A stretch of DNA of 38,335 nt from contig JAUCBJ010005153.1 in the NCBI GenBank assembly GCA_032718475.1, positions 1 through 38,335 on the forward strand, in the 5' to 3' direction. Made by a program: the position numbers and the translations under genes. The notes beneath the pieces were generated by a model. The model saw only the letters and a list, made by a program, of their open reading frames with translations, had not been told where the DNA came from and made no database searches. How positions within the stretch are numbered: position 1 is the stretch's first letter; each line of letters starts with the position of its first letter. The DNA comes from Nemertoderma westbladi. Taxonomy: Eukaryota > Animalia > Xenacoelomorpha. Positions 21,704 to 34,793 of this stretch are shown here, piece after piece.

Positions 21704-24700
21704 CTATAAAATATAAAAAATCACAGTTTCTAAAATATAAAAATACTCTAAACAGTTAGTCTTTCTTACGCGGACAGCGTTTACGCAGTTTTTTGAGGCT
21801 AGCAAGAGTCCTTTTCTCTTTGGGGCGAGCCACTTTACTAGGAGGGCTATAACTCCTGGGTGAAGGGTGCAATACATTGCATCAGAAGGTTTAGGATTAC
21901 GATCGGTGTATCCGCCGGTCGAGGTACCTGGTTGATCGATATCAACTTCAGTGGAGCGAGGTCTAATGGCCTTTAGGGCACGTCTTAGGACAGCAGCTCC
22001 TACTGGTCCCTGACGAGTCGTCTGGACAATAGCGGTAGGTGGACCGTGAGTGGTGAGAAACTTCCTCGGTTTAATGGTTCTTTCCAGCTCGCGTTCTCGG
22101 GCTCGATATTCATAGGGCCGTCGAGATACTTCCTGTAACTCAGGGTGCGAGTTGATAAATAAATCGCCATACTCAGGGTCTTGACGGATGAAATTGATCA
22201 AATGGTATGAATTAATATCGTTAGGATTGACGTTCCTGAGATATTTTCGAACAAATTTGGTGGAAATACACTCACCAACACGCTTCATTAGTTCGTAACT
22301 CGGTGTGCGTGTTTTTTGTTCAACAGACGCGAATAGATAAGGATGGAACGCGTAAACTCCCTTGTAGGCGCGTCGAGGGTAATAGCGATGGTGTGACTCA
22401 TAATGTAAATCCGCATTCGCTTGCCAAGCTCGGATGTAGCGCAGGGTAATCATCTCATCTACGTTTTCCAGATCGCGGTTAAAAGGACAATCATAACTGG
22501 CATGTCCTTTAAGTTGACAGTGGTGGCATTGAGTCATAAATTGGGGGCAGACTGCAAAAATGTGCGAGTTATTGAGTCTGCAATACGCACAATAGATCTC
22601 CATCATTGGTTGTTCATGGAAATAGGAGCAGGGTACGTCTGAGTCCATAGGGGTGAAATGATCTCTCGATGCGCATAATCGGCAAAGTTTTCGAGAAACA
22701 TAGTTGGCGTGCCGATAATCGTATGCGGTGAGACATTGTGGACCTTGATACCATTCCAAGACGTAGTCGTTATCGCTGCTCCGGGGCGCTGTAGGCTGAA
22801 TCTTCTCAGATTCTAAGCATATTGGTTCGTCTTCCAATTGCATAGCTGAGGTAGGTGCGGCTGTCTCCGCAAGCGAACCCACTGTTTGAACTTCCACGAC
22901 AGAATAACCCGTGGGTATTCGAGGTCTTTGTATAACAGATGAATGTAAGTTCTGTATACAAACATCCTTGAAAAGGGCGAATCCCGCGCTGTCTAACTTC
23001 TCCGCAGCTGAATCTCTTAGGCTGAGTTTGGTCAGAGCGCGCTCCTTGAACTGACTATCAACGTTACGGAACGGAGTCAGAAAGCGCCTGAAACATTCGA
23101 AGCGAATGAATTTATTGTGTTCATCTAGCTTGGCGAGTTTGGTTCCAAGTATTAAGGGATGGGCGCGTATGGTACGACTGCACACATCGGCTAGCCAACC
23201 GGCAAGTGCGGCGTTTTCAAAGATCGTGTATATAGCTAAGGAGGGACGAAGTGGAACACTCATAAAGCTATACACGGCGCCAGGTGCAGTCAATGGTCCA
23301 TCAAAGTATAATCGAGAATAATGATCTCCATATACTTGTTGGTAGTTGATAGGATTTCCAACCTTGAAATTCCATCCGTATTCTTGAAAGGCAAGATGTC
23401 CGATGGAGGTTCGTTGTACTTTAGTAACGCCGCTGGGTGTATTTGCGTACATAGTGCGGAAGAAACCTCGGCCTTCTGCCCAGGGAGCAATCAGCTGGGT
23501 ATCGACGAAGGGGTATGGAATGTTCTCCATGTTCCGAAAGTCGTTTTTGAGATCTCCATAAACAGCTGAGCCGATTTTAAGGATTCTTTCGTTAAACAAC
23601 ATCTCGAGCACGGGCTGGGGTAACATCGATCCATCGATACCCATGGCCGGTTTGCGCTCGGTGTCGGTGACGTAACGCTGCGCGAGTTCGAATTGTCCAT
23701 GTCGGAGTTTCTTTTGTATCTCGGTAAGGGTCTCAAAAGAATAATCAATCACATTGGAACACGCTCGAGTAAATACGTGGGTAGAACCAGCTAGTCCTCG
23801 TATATGTATCATGCGCGTAGTTCCCAGTTCTCCAACCGGAACGCTACCTTCGTTATCGTAAGTGACAACTCCATACATCTCGATAACGTTAAGAGTCTCA
23901 TTCCACTCTTTAGTGGCGTTTTCTAGAGTCATTCCCACTGGATGCCACAAGGTAGCGCATTCGCTAGCATTAGGTAGATCTCTATACTTTAAATATTGTG
24001 TAGTATATGTTTCTACATCTCCATATCGTTGTATTCTTTCCTCCTCGAATAACACGTCGAGATTCCAGTGTACTAATCGAGTTTTGATGAATCCATCAAG
24101 ATTATACGGAGGTATTGTCTCTTTCTCTATTCTGGAAACATTATAGGGTTTTCGAAATGAGTTTACTTTGACTAACTGATCCAGATGTTTCTGCAGTTGT
24201 TCGAGTTCGACAAGATCGAGAGGATTTATTAGTGGTAGAAACCTCAGACTATGTGTAGGATCTTCCGGTTTTACCATGTAATATTGCATTAGATTGACAT
24301 AATAAGGGTGATCTTTGATCCCATAAAACGAGTTCGGTAAAGGTCTAGCGCGTATGTTAACCTCGTGTACCATACGACGGACAAGATCCGCTCTATTGTC
24401 CAGAGGTTCAACTAGTATACCATTGACACGAGCGGCCTCGATTGGCGGACGTTGCAACATGGGAGCGTCAGCGATAAGATCTCGAGATCTTAGGTTGATA
24501 TCAACCGGTTGAGGCTGTGCCGTGGCGAAGAGTTTGTCTCCGAAATGGGGAACCATCGAAGGATGGATGATGGTTTTAGAATAGAGATCCGTCATAAGGA
24601 TTTGAGCTTCTGGCTGGGCTAAAGCGGCTTCTTCTCTCTCATCCATTTCTATGTGTTTCTCCTCGAGCTGATTTTCCTCCGCTTGTTGTTGTAAACGCTC

Positions 24701-26008
24701 GTCTAGGAACTCTTGTAGAGAGTAGGTTCGTCCACGTTTGATGTCTTCTTCGAGATTCTGGATTTCTCTATCGAACTGGGGTAAAACTAATTCTTTCACC
24801 GCTTGGACTTGTTGCTGCAATTTGCGTTTCTCTAAACAATCATAAGTTCCTTTTCCGATCTTCTGCCGAATAGCGTCTAACGCGTTTCGTACAACGCTCT
24901 CTTCGACTTCGGTAACGGGTTGTATCGGGGTTAAGCCGGGACGGTTGTACGGGTTAAACGGCGATATTAGATGACCGTGTCCTAATCCGGCTAGGTAGGG
25001 TTGGCGAATATCTAGAGAGCCCACTACCGGAGTGCCACCGATTAATTGTTCGGGTAACACAAGATCTTTAAATAGTGAGTACAGTTCAGGGGGATCCGTT
25101 ATACTATTAGGATCAAGCGTTTGAGGTCTCACTGAGGAATGAGGAGGTCTGACCGAGTATTCCGGAACTCTGATCATCGGTTTATTTAAGGATCGTTTGA
25201 GTCGAGCGAGCGTAGGTGATACATCAAACAGGTTTCGCTCGAAACTCCCATAAGTATATCGTGTAAAACTGTGTTTAGCGCAACGTCTCCGCGGATGTTA
25301 ATGTCTTTCCGTTTGCTGATTGGGTCTAGGGCATTCGTCGCAGTAATACCAAAGACGCACGTCCTGCAGGGGAAACGCGGGTGATCGTTCTCCAGTTTTA
25401 CAATATTCCTCCATCTGTTCGAAGCTATCTGGGACGACAGGTAGCGGTCGATCGGCGGTAAGATACATCATAGTGAAATAGAGTCGTTTGAGTTCTATCA
25501 TAGGGTCATGATGTATACCTTGAGGATATCGAGTTTCTAGATTTTGTTGACTGGCAATATTGAGATATGTTTCTCTCAGGAATTCCAGATAATCGTTGAA
25601 GTCGCTGCGTTTATCCGGCTCTTCAACGTCTTCCCTTTCGAGTCTGTTTCGAATAGAATTCTCGTGTTCTATTCTCGGTTTATCATTCCGACTCCGCTGC
25701 GTATGATATTTAAATAAAACCATTTCGCTTTCGGTGTCTACATCGTCCGTATCGTGTAAATCGATAGGATGGCCAGTAGTTAAGAAGTCCATATACGTAC
25801 CATTACGATGCGTATAGCGAGCGGTGAATTTTCGATAGTCCAATTCACGAGTGAGTTGCTCCTGGGACATTGACGGTTCGATATAACGACCATCGTCCTC
25901 CGTAGTAGTTGGACCAGCGTCGCCGCGTATCAAGCTATCAACAAACGCTTGTAAAGGTAGAGTATATCGCTCCCTGATACCAAGATCATCTTCTATCAAC
26001 TCAGTCAT
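21704..26008 (-). pseudogene. Long orphan ORF (~1434 codons) with zinc-knuckle cluster, interrupted by a single in-frame TAA (listed 236-aa and 1157-aa ORFs are one frame)
   Basis: 25297-25178 is 40 sense codons in frame with both ORFs. Contains a coiled-coil-like Q/E-rich stretch and CRLC..H..C, CAYCRLNNSHIFAVC, CHHCQLKGHASYDC. No RT/IN/TM motifs recognised. Confidence 0.75.
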
Positions 26009-26828
26009 ATCTGCTATATGAGTTTATCAATATTATAATGAGTTTATATTTAGGCTAGCGGGCGTCGCTGCCTACCCCTCTCTGCCCCCGGACAGTGCAA
26101 GATCCTCAGCGCCGATGTACCGTCATCGCTGTGTTTTCGCCAACGTAGTAGCTATACAACGACAACGATAACCGGTACAAGTCACTCCACTGTCCGTCCC
26201 AAAGGCTTAGATTTAATTCAGGTTCTTGCTGCAGAGTTAGGGCTACTTTCACAATTGCGACTCGCTACTGTAAACACACTTTAGTAGTAACATTCACCTA
26301 TAAACGCACAAATTCCACACAACTGTCACAAATTGTACACATTCGGGCCATTTGTCCGTTAGTCAAGTGCCTTCCAGAATGCCACGTTATTATTATGTAT
26401 CCTTGGATACTAGCAGTATGCTATTTATTCCCTATGCTATTCAATGGGGCAAGCTTTCTATTGTTCTTTTAACTCACTTCTAATTCTAGCGTGGTTGTTG
26501 CTATGGTGACATTATGGAAAGCTAGCGGTAGAATTAGGGTAATTCTCATGCATACAGATCTGGGATGCTATTTAATAGTAATTCTTTAATTGTCAATATC
26601 CCCTTTATACATGATTTTATGAATTTTATCGGCTATTGACTATAATATTGGAGATTCTCGCACACTAATACACTTAATAGGGTGAATCTCCGCTCCCATG
26701 ATCTATTAATTATTGGAATTTTGGGAATGTTATAAATTGTATAAAAATGACAATTTATCAAATTCATTAAAATATGAATTTAAATTTATTCCCGTAAATT
26801 TTATTATTTAATATTAAATAGACACAAT

Positions 26829-27000
26829 TTTATTCCAGAACATGTCTGGGGACTAGGATCCTTGATTCTAGGAAATTGGTAGACTAGCATTTTAAAGGAT
26901 CTAAAATTTGACAGATTTTATAAATATTAATATTTAATATTTAGGATGGGCACCAGTTTATTCCAGAACTTGTCTGGGGACGTTAACCACTGATTCTAGA
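26829..27000. repeat. Two ~43-bp imperfect direct repeats, 128 bp apart
   Basis: tttattccagaac(a/t)tgtctggggac...tgattctag at 26829 and 26957. Confidence 0.85.
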
Positions 27001-27608
27001 ATTTTGTCTTTCAAGTAAATCGGTGGGTGCTGCGATATCTTAATCGACTAGAATTAAAGATGGTCAAAGGGTTTAACAGATTTATTTGCGTTGTACGCTA
27101 CTGTTAAAGGGACATCACGCTACTATATGTATTACTTAATATACGGTATGAGAGCAATATCGCAAGAAGCAATGTCAGTGAGAAGAGGCAAGTCGTTTCC
27201 AAGGTCTACCCAGAGCTTGGTTTAGCCGAGACATGAGGATCTGAACTTTGCATTCCTAATACTCTACTTACCAATAATACTTGAATATAGTAGGAGCTTT
27301 ATTGTACTTTAATAAGTACGGATATTTCATCTTACTGTAGTCACGTATTTATAATGTAATACGAACAGTAAGGAAAGAGAAAAAAGAATTATTTCTCGCC
27401 GTCGCACTAAATATATAATATATAAGTAATTAAGTAATAAACGCGAATATATATATGGCACTAATCTATTAAATAATCGCTAAAATAACATTCTACTAAA
27501 TAAAATTAAAGAAAACGATTATAATAAAATTACATAATAATACATACATAAATATAAAATAATAAGAATATATGAAATAATATAGTCACACACCCACTCC
27601 AGACGCTG

Positions 27609-30600
27609 TTATGTTGGGGAGTCCCTAGATGTTTGTTGGATCAGGTAGGTGGTCGTGGGAAGAGTATCTTGCCTTCCATAGTTTCCGGAGAGTTCTCGGT
27701 CTCTTTCCAGTAAACATAAACGGCCAACTGGGCGATTGAGCTGCTGTGTCTCGAAGACAATTCCCGGTTTCTTAAAGTTACGTCGCATGATGACGAGTTC
27801 TACCGATCGCACCAAACCATCATCCGAGATGTGAGTCTCCATGATACGACCTGTCTGCCACCGCTTACGTGGAAGATCTGAATCCACAATAAGGACCATG
27901 TCTCCAGCGCTGACGTTTTCTTGCTGCGCAAACCACTTAGTTCGAAGTTGTAGCGTGGGCAGATAATGTTTTTCCAAATGGTCAGCGAAACGACGGGATA
28001 ACAACTGCATAAGTTGCCAAGTTTGTCGGCAGTATTCGTCTCCGTCTGTGATTTCCGATCGTGGGAGCATGGCTACAAGTTTCTTCAGTAGGAAGTGCGC
28101 GGGTGTTAGCGCTTCCAGGGAATCGGGACTCGATGAGACTGGCATAAGCGGTCTCTCGTTGAGATAGGCGGCGATTTCCTCCATTAACGTCCGCAAAAGT
28201 TCGTCGGTGAGATACGCGCGGCACGGCACTATAAAGTGAAATGCGGTCTTCACGCTCCTGATTAATCTCTCCCAACTTCCTCCCCACCAAGGGGCGTTGG
28301 CGGCGTTGAAGGTCCAGCTAGACGCTGTTACCCTTAGCTGATCGTCCACCTGTCTTTGGTTCCAATCTTTGACGTAAACCTTGATTTCATTGTTGGCACC
28401 AATGAAGTTCGTTCCCTTATCAGATCTCATCGTGTTACTAGTTCCAAAGCGAGCGATCTGTCGTCGTAAGCTCAATAGGAAGCTGTTGGTAGATAAATCG
28501 TTCACCATATCAAGATGGATAGCTCTACAAGTCATACAAACAAAGATGACACACCATCTCTTGACTATAGTCCTAGCACGATATACTTCAATAGGGCCAA
28601 ATAAATCTACACCGGTATTAGTAAAGGGTGGTTCATAGAAGCTTACTCGTTCCCTAGGTAATTCTGCCTCTCGCTGTGTTAAAGGCCTACTGAATGCTTT
28701 CCTACAGGGTATGCAGTTCCCAAGAACTTGGTTCAGAGCTCTATGGGGTTTATAAAAATAATAGCGAGTTCGAATTTCGCTAAGAACTCGTTCTCTACCA
28801 GCATGATAAAGTTTGCTGTGAACATCTACAATCATCTTGATTTGTATTTCAAGATTTCTAATGAGTATGGGAAACTTAGTGTCAAAGGATAATGGAGCGT
28901 TAGTTAGTCTTCCTCCAACACGTATTAACCCATCTATCATTGTGCTAGAGAAACGATCCCTTAAGCGCATCTGTGGATTTCTCAACAACAGGAAATACTT
29001 ATCGGAATCCTCATAGCATTGCAGGAGTCTCAGCATCTGCTTATTGGTTTCTTCATGCTCCTGATAACTGATCTTCTCCTTCAGAAACCTGTCGGATATC
29101 TTATATTTGGGAAGATCTTTAACAACATGGACCTGCACAGATGTCAGTGGAGCGGTATCGCTATTGGTCTTCGTCCTGGAGTAGTGATGATGAAAACATC
29201 GCTTTAAATATGTAACGGCCTTACAGAGCCGATTCCAGGAACTGTAGTGATATATCGCTCTCTGCAGGAGAGGTGAGAGTCCTTGCGAGACGTCTGGTAT
29301 TCCAGATTTCCAATCCTTCTCTCTGATTTCCACAACAGACTTATTTGTGGCTGTGTGTTTCGGATCCAAAGCGTCGTCTCCGGAAGTGTGTAGTACAGAC
29401 AGATCTACCACGGGTTTAAATAACTTCGATTTACTCGCCCGAGTTTTAGGTTTGACTTTCTCCGCTCCCTTGGCCTGTCTAATCTCCGCTGTAGTAAGAT
29501 GAGGAGGCCATTCATCCTCTTCTTTGCTTAGAAAGTCGGGTCCACCTAACCAGTCTGGAGTATCTATCAGTTCTTGTGGAGTTGCTCCCCTGGAGGCGAT
29601 GTCTGCTGGATTTATCGTTCCGGGGCAATGTCTCCATTGATCCATCTTCGTGCGACTAAGTATAATGGCTACTCTGTTGGTAACAAAGACGCTGAACTGA
29701 CAGACTTCATTGGTTATATACTCCAACACGAGTAAAGCATCGGTCCAATAGACAGTTTTCTCCAGTGGATATTCGATCTGTTCTGTTACATTCCGGCCGA
29801 TGGCTGTAGCGTATAGAGCCGCTTTTAACTCCGCTCGAGGAACTTTCAACTTGTTGTTTATCAATGCCTTAGAGGTTACCAAGGCGACTTTGATTCCATC
29901 CGGAGTTTCAACTCTCAGGTAGGCTACTATACCTATTCCCATATCGCTGGCGTCTCCAAACACATGGAGTTGATAGGAATACGTAGGGAGAACATGACCA
30001 AAATATGAACGGGAAATTATAAAGTTCTCGATGGCTGGTAGAGAATCTTCCCATTTCATCCACTTCTTTAATAGTTCTCCCTTAAGTGGATCGTCCCATG
30101 AGTGGTTTTCAAGCCACATTTGTTGTACTAAACTCCGAGCAATCAATATAACTGGGCTAATAAATCCCAATGGATCGAAATAAGTGCTCAGGATACTTAA
30201 ACAAATCCGTTTAGTCCGAACTGTATTATCTCGCTGTTTTAACTGGAAAAACAGGATATCTCTCTCTGTGTCCCATTTCAAACCAAGTGTCTTGGTTTCT
30301 GGAAGATCGTCTTTGATTAGGTCTAGATCTTTCGCTCCTCGATCTTCTACCGGGATCGATTCCAGAAACTCACGGGAGTTGCTGGCGAATTTAGTTAATC
30401 GAAATCCACTTCTTTTTAAGCACTCTACCGTTCCTTTGGCGACATCAATGGCTTCTTCAACTGATGGAAGGGACTTTAAATTGTCGTCCATGTATATATC
30501 CCGTTTGATGTTGTCGATCACCTCTTTAGAGAAGGCGTCCCGGTTGTCATCAGCAGTGGTGCGCACTACTGAACAGGCGTTTGAAGGGCTTGAGATGATC

Positions 30601-31478
30601 CCAAAAGCCTGGATGGTCATCCAATACTCCACCGGTTTCTGGTTGAGGTCTCCTTCTGGCCACCACAGAAATCGTAGGCTGTCTCATCCCTATCCAGCGC
30701 CTTGACTTGTAAGAACATGCCTTCTATATCGGAGGCGAAAGCGATTGAATATTGTCTTAATCTTAAGAGTATTCCCAACAAGGATTGGAGTAAGTTGGGT
30801 CCTGGTAACAACTCGGAATTAAGGGATTGGCCCATGTAGAGGGCGGAGCCGTCAAAATACTACCCGTACTTCATGGGGTTTACCGGGTTTGGGAACATAA
30901 TGATATGTTAAATAGTACGTTCCCTCAGTTATGGGTGTTTCTTCCGGTACTCGCTCCGCATATCCCTTGTTAATAAATTTCTTCAACTGAGTCTGATACA
31001 TTTCTTTAGCTGAAGCATTTGCCGTAAGGCGTCGATGTAGTTGAGCAATTCTTTTCTCCGCCAAGGGTCGGTTGTTTATGAATTTTGGTTCTCTCTTTCG
31101 GAATGGTAGACTGATTTCATATCTACCTTGATCTTTAAGAAAACGTGTAGTTGTCTCCTGGATCTGCTTGGCTCTTTCTTCTTCTACCGATAGGGCCTTA
31201 TCGTAGGAATTGGGCTCTACAGCCTCTTGAGTAAAGAATCGTACGGCGTGTTCATCCCGAGTCTTCGCGTTATAGCGCTCTACTACGTCATTCAGTTCGT
31301 CGTTATAGTCAACTTGTCCTGATGGACGAATGAGTTGACGTCACTTGGTTTTGCCAAGTCTCGTTTTCCGTAAGGAGATCGATGGTATTCTCCTCGTCGA
31401 AGAGTTGGTGGATGTCGTCATTATCTGAGGAGTATGGTGTTCCCTCAGTTGGGTCGTCTACCTCACTGCTCTCCGCTT
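27609..31478 (-). mobile_element. BEL/Pao LTR retrotransposon pol (RT-RNase H-integrase); 5' part frameshifted and cut by PLE 2
   Basis: RVVF, GPNLL, YMDD, YFDPLG, LHVFGDAS, YWTD, WRHCPGTINPADIASRG, H..H..CIPC, GVDLFGP, SDKGTNF, PWWGGSWERLIRSVK. Purine-rich GGAGTGGG followed by TG just after the stop (27600-27591) may be the PPT/LTR start. Confidence 0.96.
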
Positions 31479-34400
31479 CTTGGTTTAAATGCTTCTGTTG
31501 ATCCGATTCCTTGTAAGTTACATATTTTACATTTTGCTAAATATATTATATCTTTGTCATCACAGGTAAGGCGCTGTTTAATTTCATATTTAGTTTTCAA
31601 ACGGGTCGAGGTTAATCCGAATTGTTTTGTTGGTTTTATCGCTTCACATGGTATACATTTCTGTCTTCTGTCTTGTACATTTTTTAGATCCAGCATGTGT
31701 TGTATTTGCCTGGTTCTTCTGCTTTGATGTTAAACTGGATGGAGCTAAAATTCCCTTTAGCGTAGGGGCCCTATGGTTAATATTTACTATTTTATAAGAG
31801 TCAATGAGTTGCTTGGTCCTGATGTCTGTTCTTAGAATAGGTGTATGTTTGTCTACTATCTTTTGTATTGATCCTAATATAGGTTCAGTGTTACTAACAT
31901 AAAATATGGTATATTTACTTTTATTTCGTTTTTTATCATTTTGTAGAGATTCTAACTAACTGTGTCTGAATAGCTGGATCTAAAAAATGTACAAGACAGA
32001 AATGTATACCATGTGAAGCGATAAAACCAACAAAACAATTCGGATTAACCTCGACCCGTTTGAAAACTAAATATGAAATTAAACAGCGCCTTACCTGTGA
32101 TGACAAAGATATATTATATTTAGCAAAATGTAAAATATGTAACTTACAAGGAATCGGATCAACAGAAACATTTAAACCAAGGCTATCACAATATAAGTGT
32201 AATATAAAGCATCATAAGCCAGCCACAAACGACTATAGAGAAACATTTTTGTAAAAATGAAAACCATGATTTTTCGCATTTCGAAATAACACCCATTGAA
32301 AAGGTCCATTACAAAGGCAGGGGAAAGAAAGATCAGCGACGGGAGATCCGTACAAGGGAAGGATACTGGCAGTGCACCTTAAGAACAATCAAGCCATTTG
32401 GTCTCAACACTATAAATGAAGCGGTTTGCAATAATTTCGGCTTAGACGTATTTAATCCAGATTAGAGAACTCATTATGTAGACTAATGTACTGTAGACGC
32501 TTAATTTTCATGGAAACTGTAATGAATTAGCTATTTACTTATTTAATTATTTAAATCACTTGAAAAAGAAATATTATATTATTTCGAAAGCTTGTGTAAT
32601 TTCTTATAATTTTTATTTAACGTGGTTGATCTTGGTTTCCTTACAATTATATTTATAATATATTTAATTTTTGTAACCGGATCCCACACCCCAACGGCTT
32701 TGATTTGCTAAATTTATAATCTATATTATCTAAGCCGTAGAAGAATATAATGTCTAGCTATAATAATACAAATTCCGGAAAACGATCCCTCTACTTTCAA
32801 CTTTCTAATATAGGAGTGAGTTTAAAGTCATGTGAATACCAATTACATTTTCTTAAGGATTGTGAAATTAATGGAGTCATTCCTCGAGGTATTTTAACAA
32901 TTTTAATTAAACATGCAGAGTTACGCAAAAAAGAGTTATGTGCGAATTTTTTATCACTTAAAGCGAAAATAAGAAGGGTTACAGACACACATCAATGCAA
33001 GGAATTAATAACTAAATGTCACAGGTATTTATTTAGAAAATCTCAAGAAATGTACAGTCGTATTTTGAAGAAAAAACAATCACTAATAAAGGAGATTACA
33101 AACTACCAAGGGGAAGTAGGCCAATCAGAAATAAGCCCAACACAAACCCCCTTACAGAATGTACACCAGCAGCATGAAACACACGCCCGGCATAGGTTTG
33201 GACACATGCACACTTTGCAAGGTTCACGTAGTCGATTTAGAAATAGACAGAAGCTGGCCGAAAAAATAGAGGACGGTATAAGAAACAATATTTGTGACCC
33301 AAGAATATTTGATCCGTTAGTAGCAGATGGCTTGTCCCTATCTGACAATCAAAAAACGCTACTTCGATTGGGACCTTCATTTTGCCCCACACCAATGACT
33401 GTTGATTTGTATCAAGCACATTTGGACTGCAATGACTTTGCAACTAGATTACGTGACAAATACAACCACGTAATAAAAGGAGTCGATGTAAATACTGAAA
33501 AAGAATCATTGAATACTACCCAGGATGATGACGATAACAACGAATCGAGATGCAAACCAAAACAGCCATGGGAGGTAAGTAGACATTTTACTAAACCATC
33601 CAGAAATAGTACGCTGGAGCAATTTTTAACAATATATATACTGAAACGTTTAGTGATAGAACATGAAATACGTGGAAGACAATCTCTCTTCAGGAGAAAG
33701 GGAGGCTCTTAGGGAACTGAAGCGGGCAATAAAGGATGATGAACAAGGAACCATTCTTAGGATACAGGATAAGGGCTCAAAACGCTTTGTTCTAACCAGT
33801 AAGGATAATTACGTAAGTGCAGTTGAAGATTACCTAGGTGACACTAATATTTTCATTAAACATAGTAATGATCCTACAGGTAAATACAAGAATAAAATAA
33901 AAGAATTTGTTAATAAATGGAAAGATTAATTATAATTAATTAAACGTTGTGAAAAATGGCTCACAAAGGATGACGTCAAACCTGGAACTGCTTTCGCAAA
34001 TGTGAAGACACACAAACCAAACTGGCCATTAAGGAATATTTTATCGGCCTGTGGGACAGCCTCAGAGAATCTGGGCCGTTTTCTAGAACATTTTTTAAAA
34101 AATTTTGCCACTGCACATAAAGCATATCTCAAAGACACACGTCATCTAATAAAATGGATTCAACAACAGAATAAAAGATTTGCCCCATTTCCCACTTCAA
34201 CAAAACTTATTTCGGTAGACATTACAAACTTCTTCCCTTCAGTGGATAACATAATGGGTATTGCAGCAGTTATGAGAACAATTACGGAACACCCAGATTT
34301 ATTACTAGAAGACTCTCCCCCAGTAGAATGTTTGACTGAAGCTCTAGAATTATGTTTAAATTGTAATAATTGTAGTTTTAATGGAAAACATTACACACAA

Positions 34401-34793
34401 GTGGATGGGTCGGCAATGGGCCCATCATTCTCTTGCTCTTACACAGACATTTTTGGTGCTGAATATATTGATACAGCAGTCCGAACTTCACCAAAGCCTC
34501 CAGAAGAATGGAAACGATTTAGAGATGATGGAATAGCTATTACACTTGAACAAGAAGATGAAGATATCAGTATTCTGATTGACCACCTCAACAATACCGT
34601 TAAACCTGGGAAAATAAAGTTTAAATTAGAAGAATATGGAAAGAAAATTAATTACTTAGATTTAACTATATTTTTTGATGACAATGGAATACTTCAAACA
34701 AAAATATACCACAAACCAACAGACGTCCATCAATATATATGTACGCACTCAGCCCATCCGCACAGTCAACTTAAACACTATCCCTATCCCTAA
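31479..34793 (+). mobile_element. Penelope-like element 2: inverted fragment + upstream endonuclease/pseudo-LTR + ORF (3'-truncated)
   Basis: Endonuclease tail 31973-32465 (CIPC, LTC..ILYLAKCKIC, REGYWQ..PFGLN); ORF 32750-34793 with LGPSFCPTP, QDKGS, KTHKP, SVDITNFFPS, GSAMGP, RFRDD, YLDL, YHKPTD; 31479-31965 is a minus-strand piece of the same family. Confidence 0.93.
32554..32602 (+). ncRNA. Minimal hammerhead-like ribozyme in the PLE 2 pseudo-LTR (variant core)
   Basis: CAC-TTGAAAAA-GAAATA(ttatat)TATTTC-GAA-AGCT-T-GTG. This is a U3-A8 covariant of the CUGAAGAAG-type core with a 6-bp stem II and palindromic AGCT in place of stem III, located between the endonuclease stop and the next ATG. 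Confidence 0.7.

Noticed and set aside
21704-25177. env gene of the BEL element
   Set aside because: No signal peptide, TM anchor or fusion-protein features.
26338-26356. tRNA-Lys primer-binding site (TGGCCCGAA on minus strand)
   Set aside because: Needs a 2-nt gap and the match is too short.
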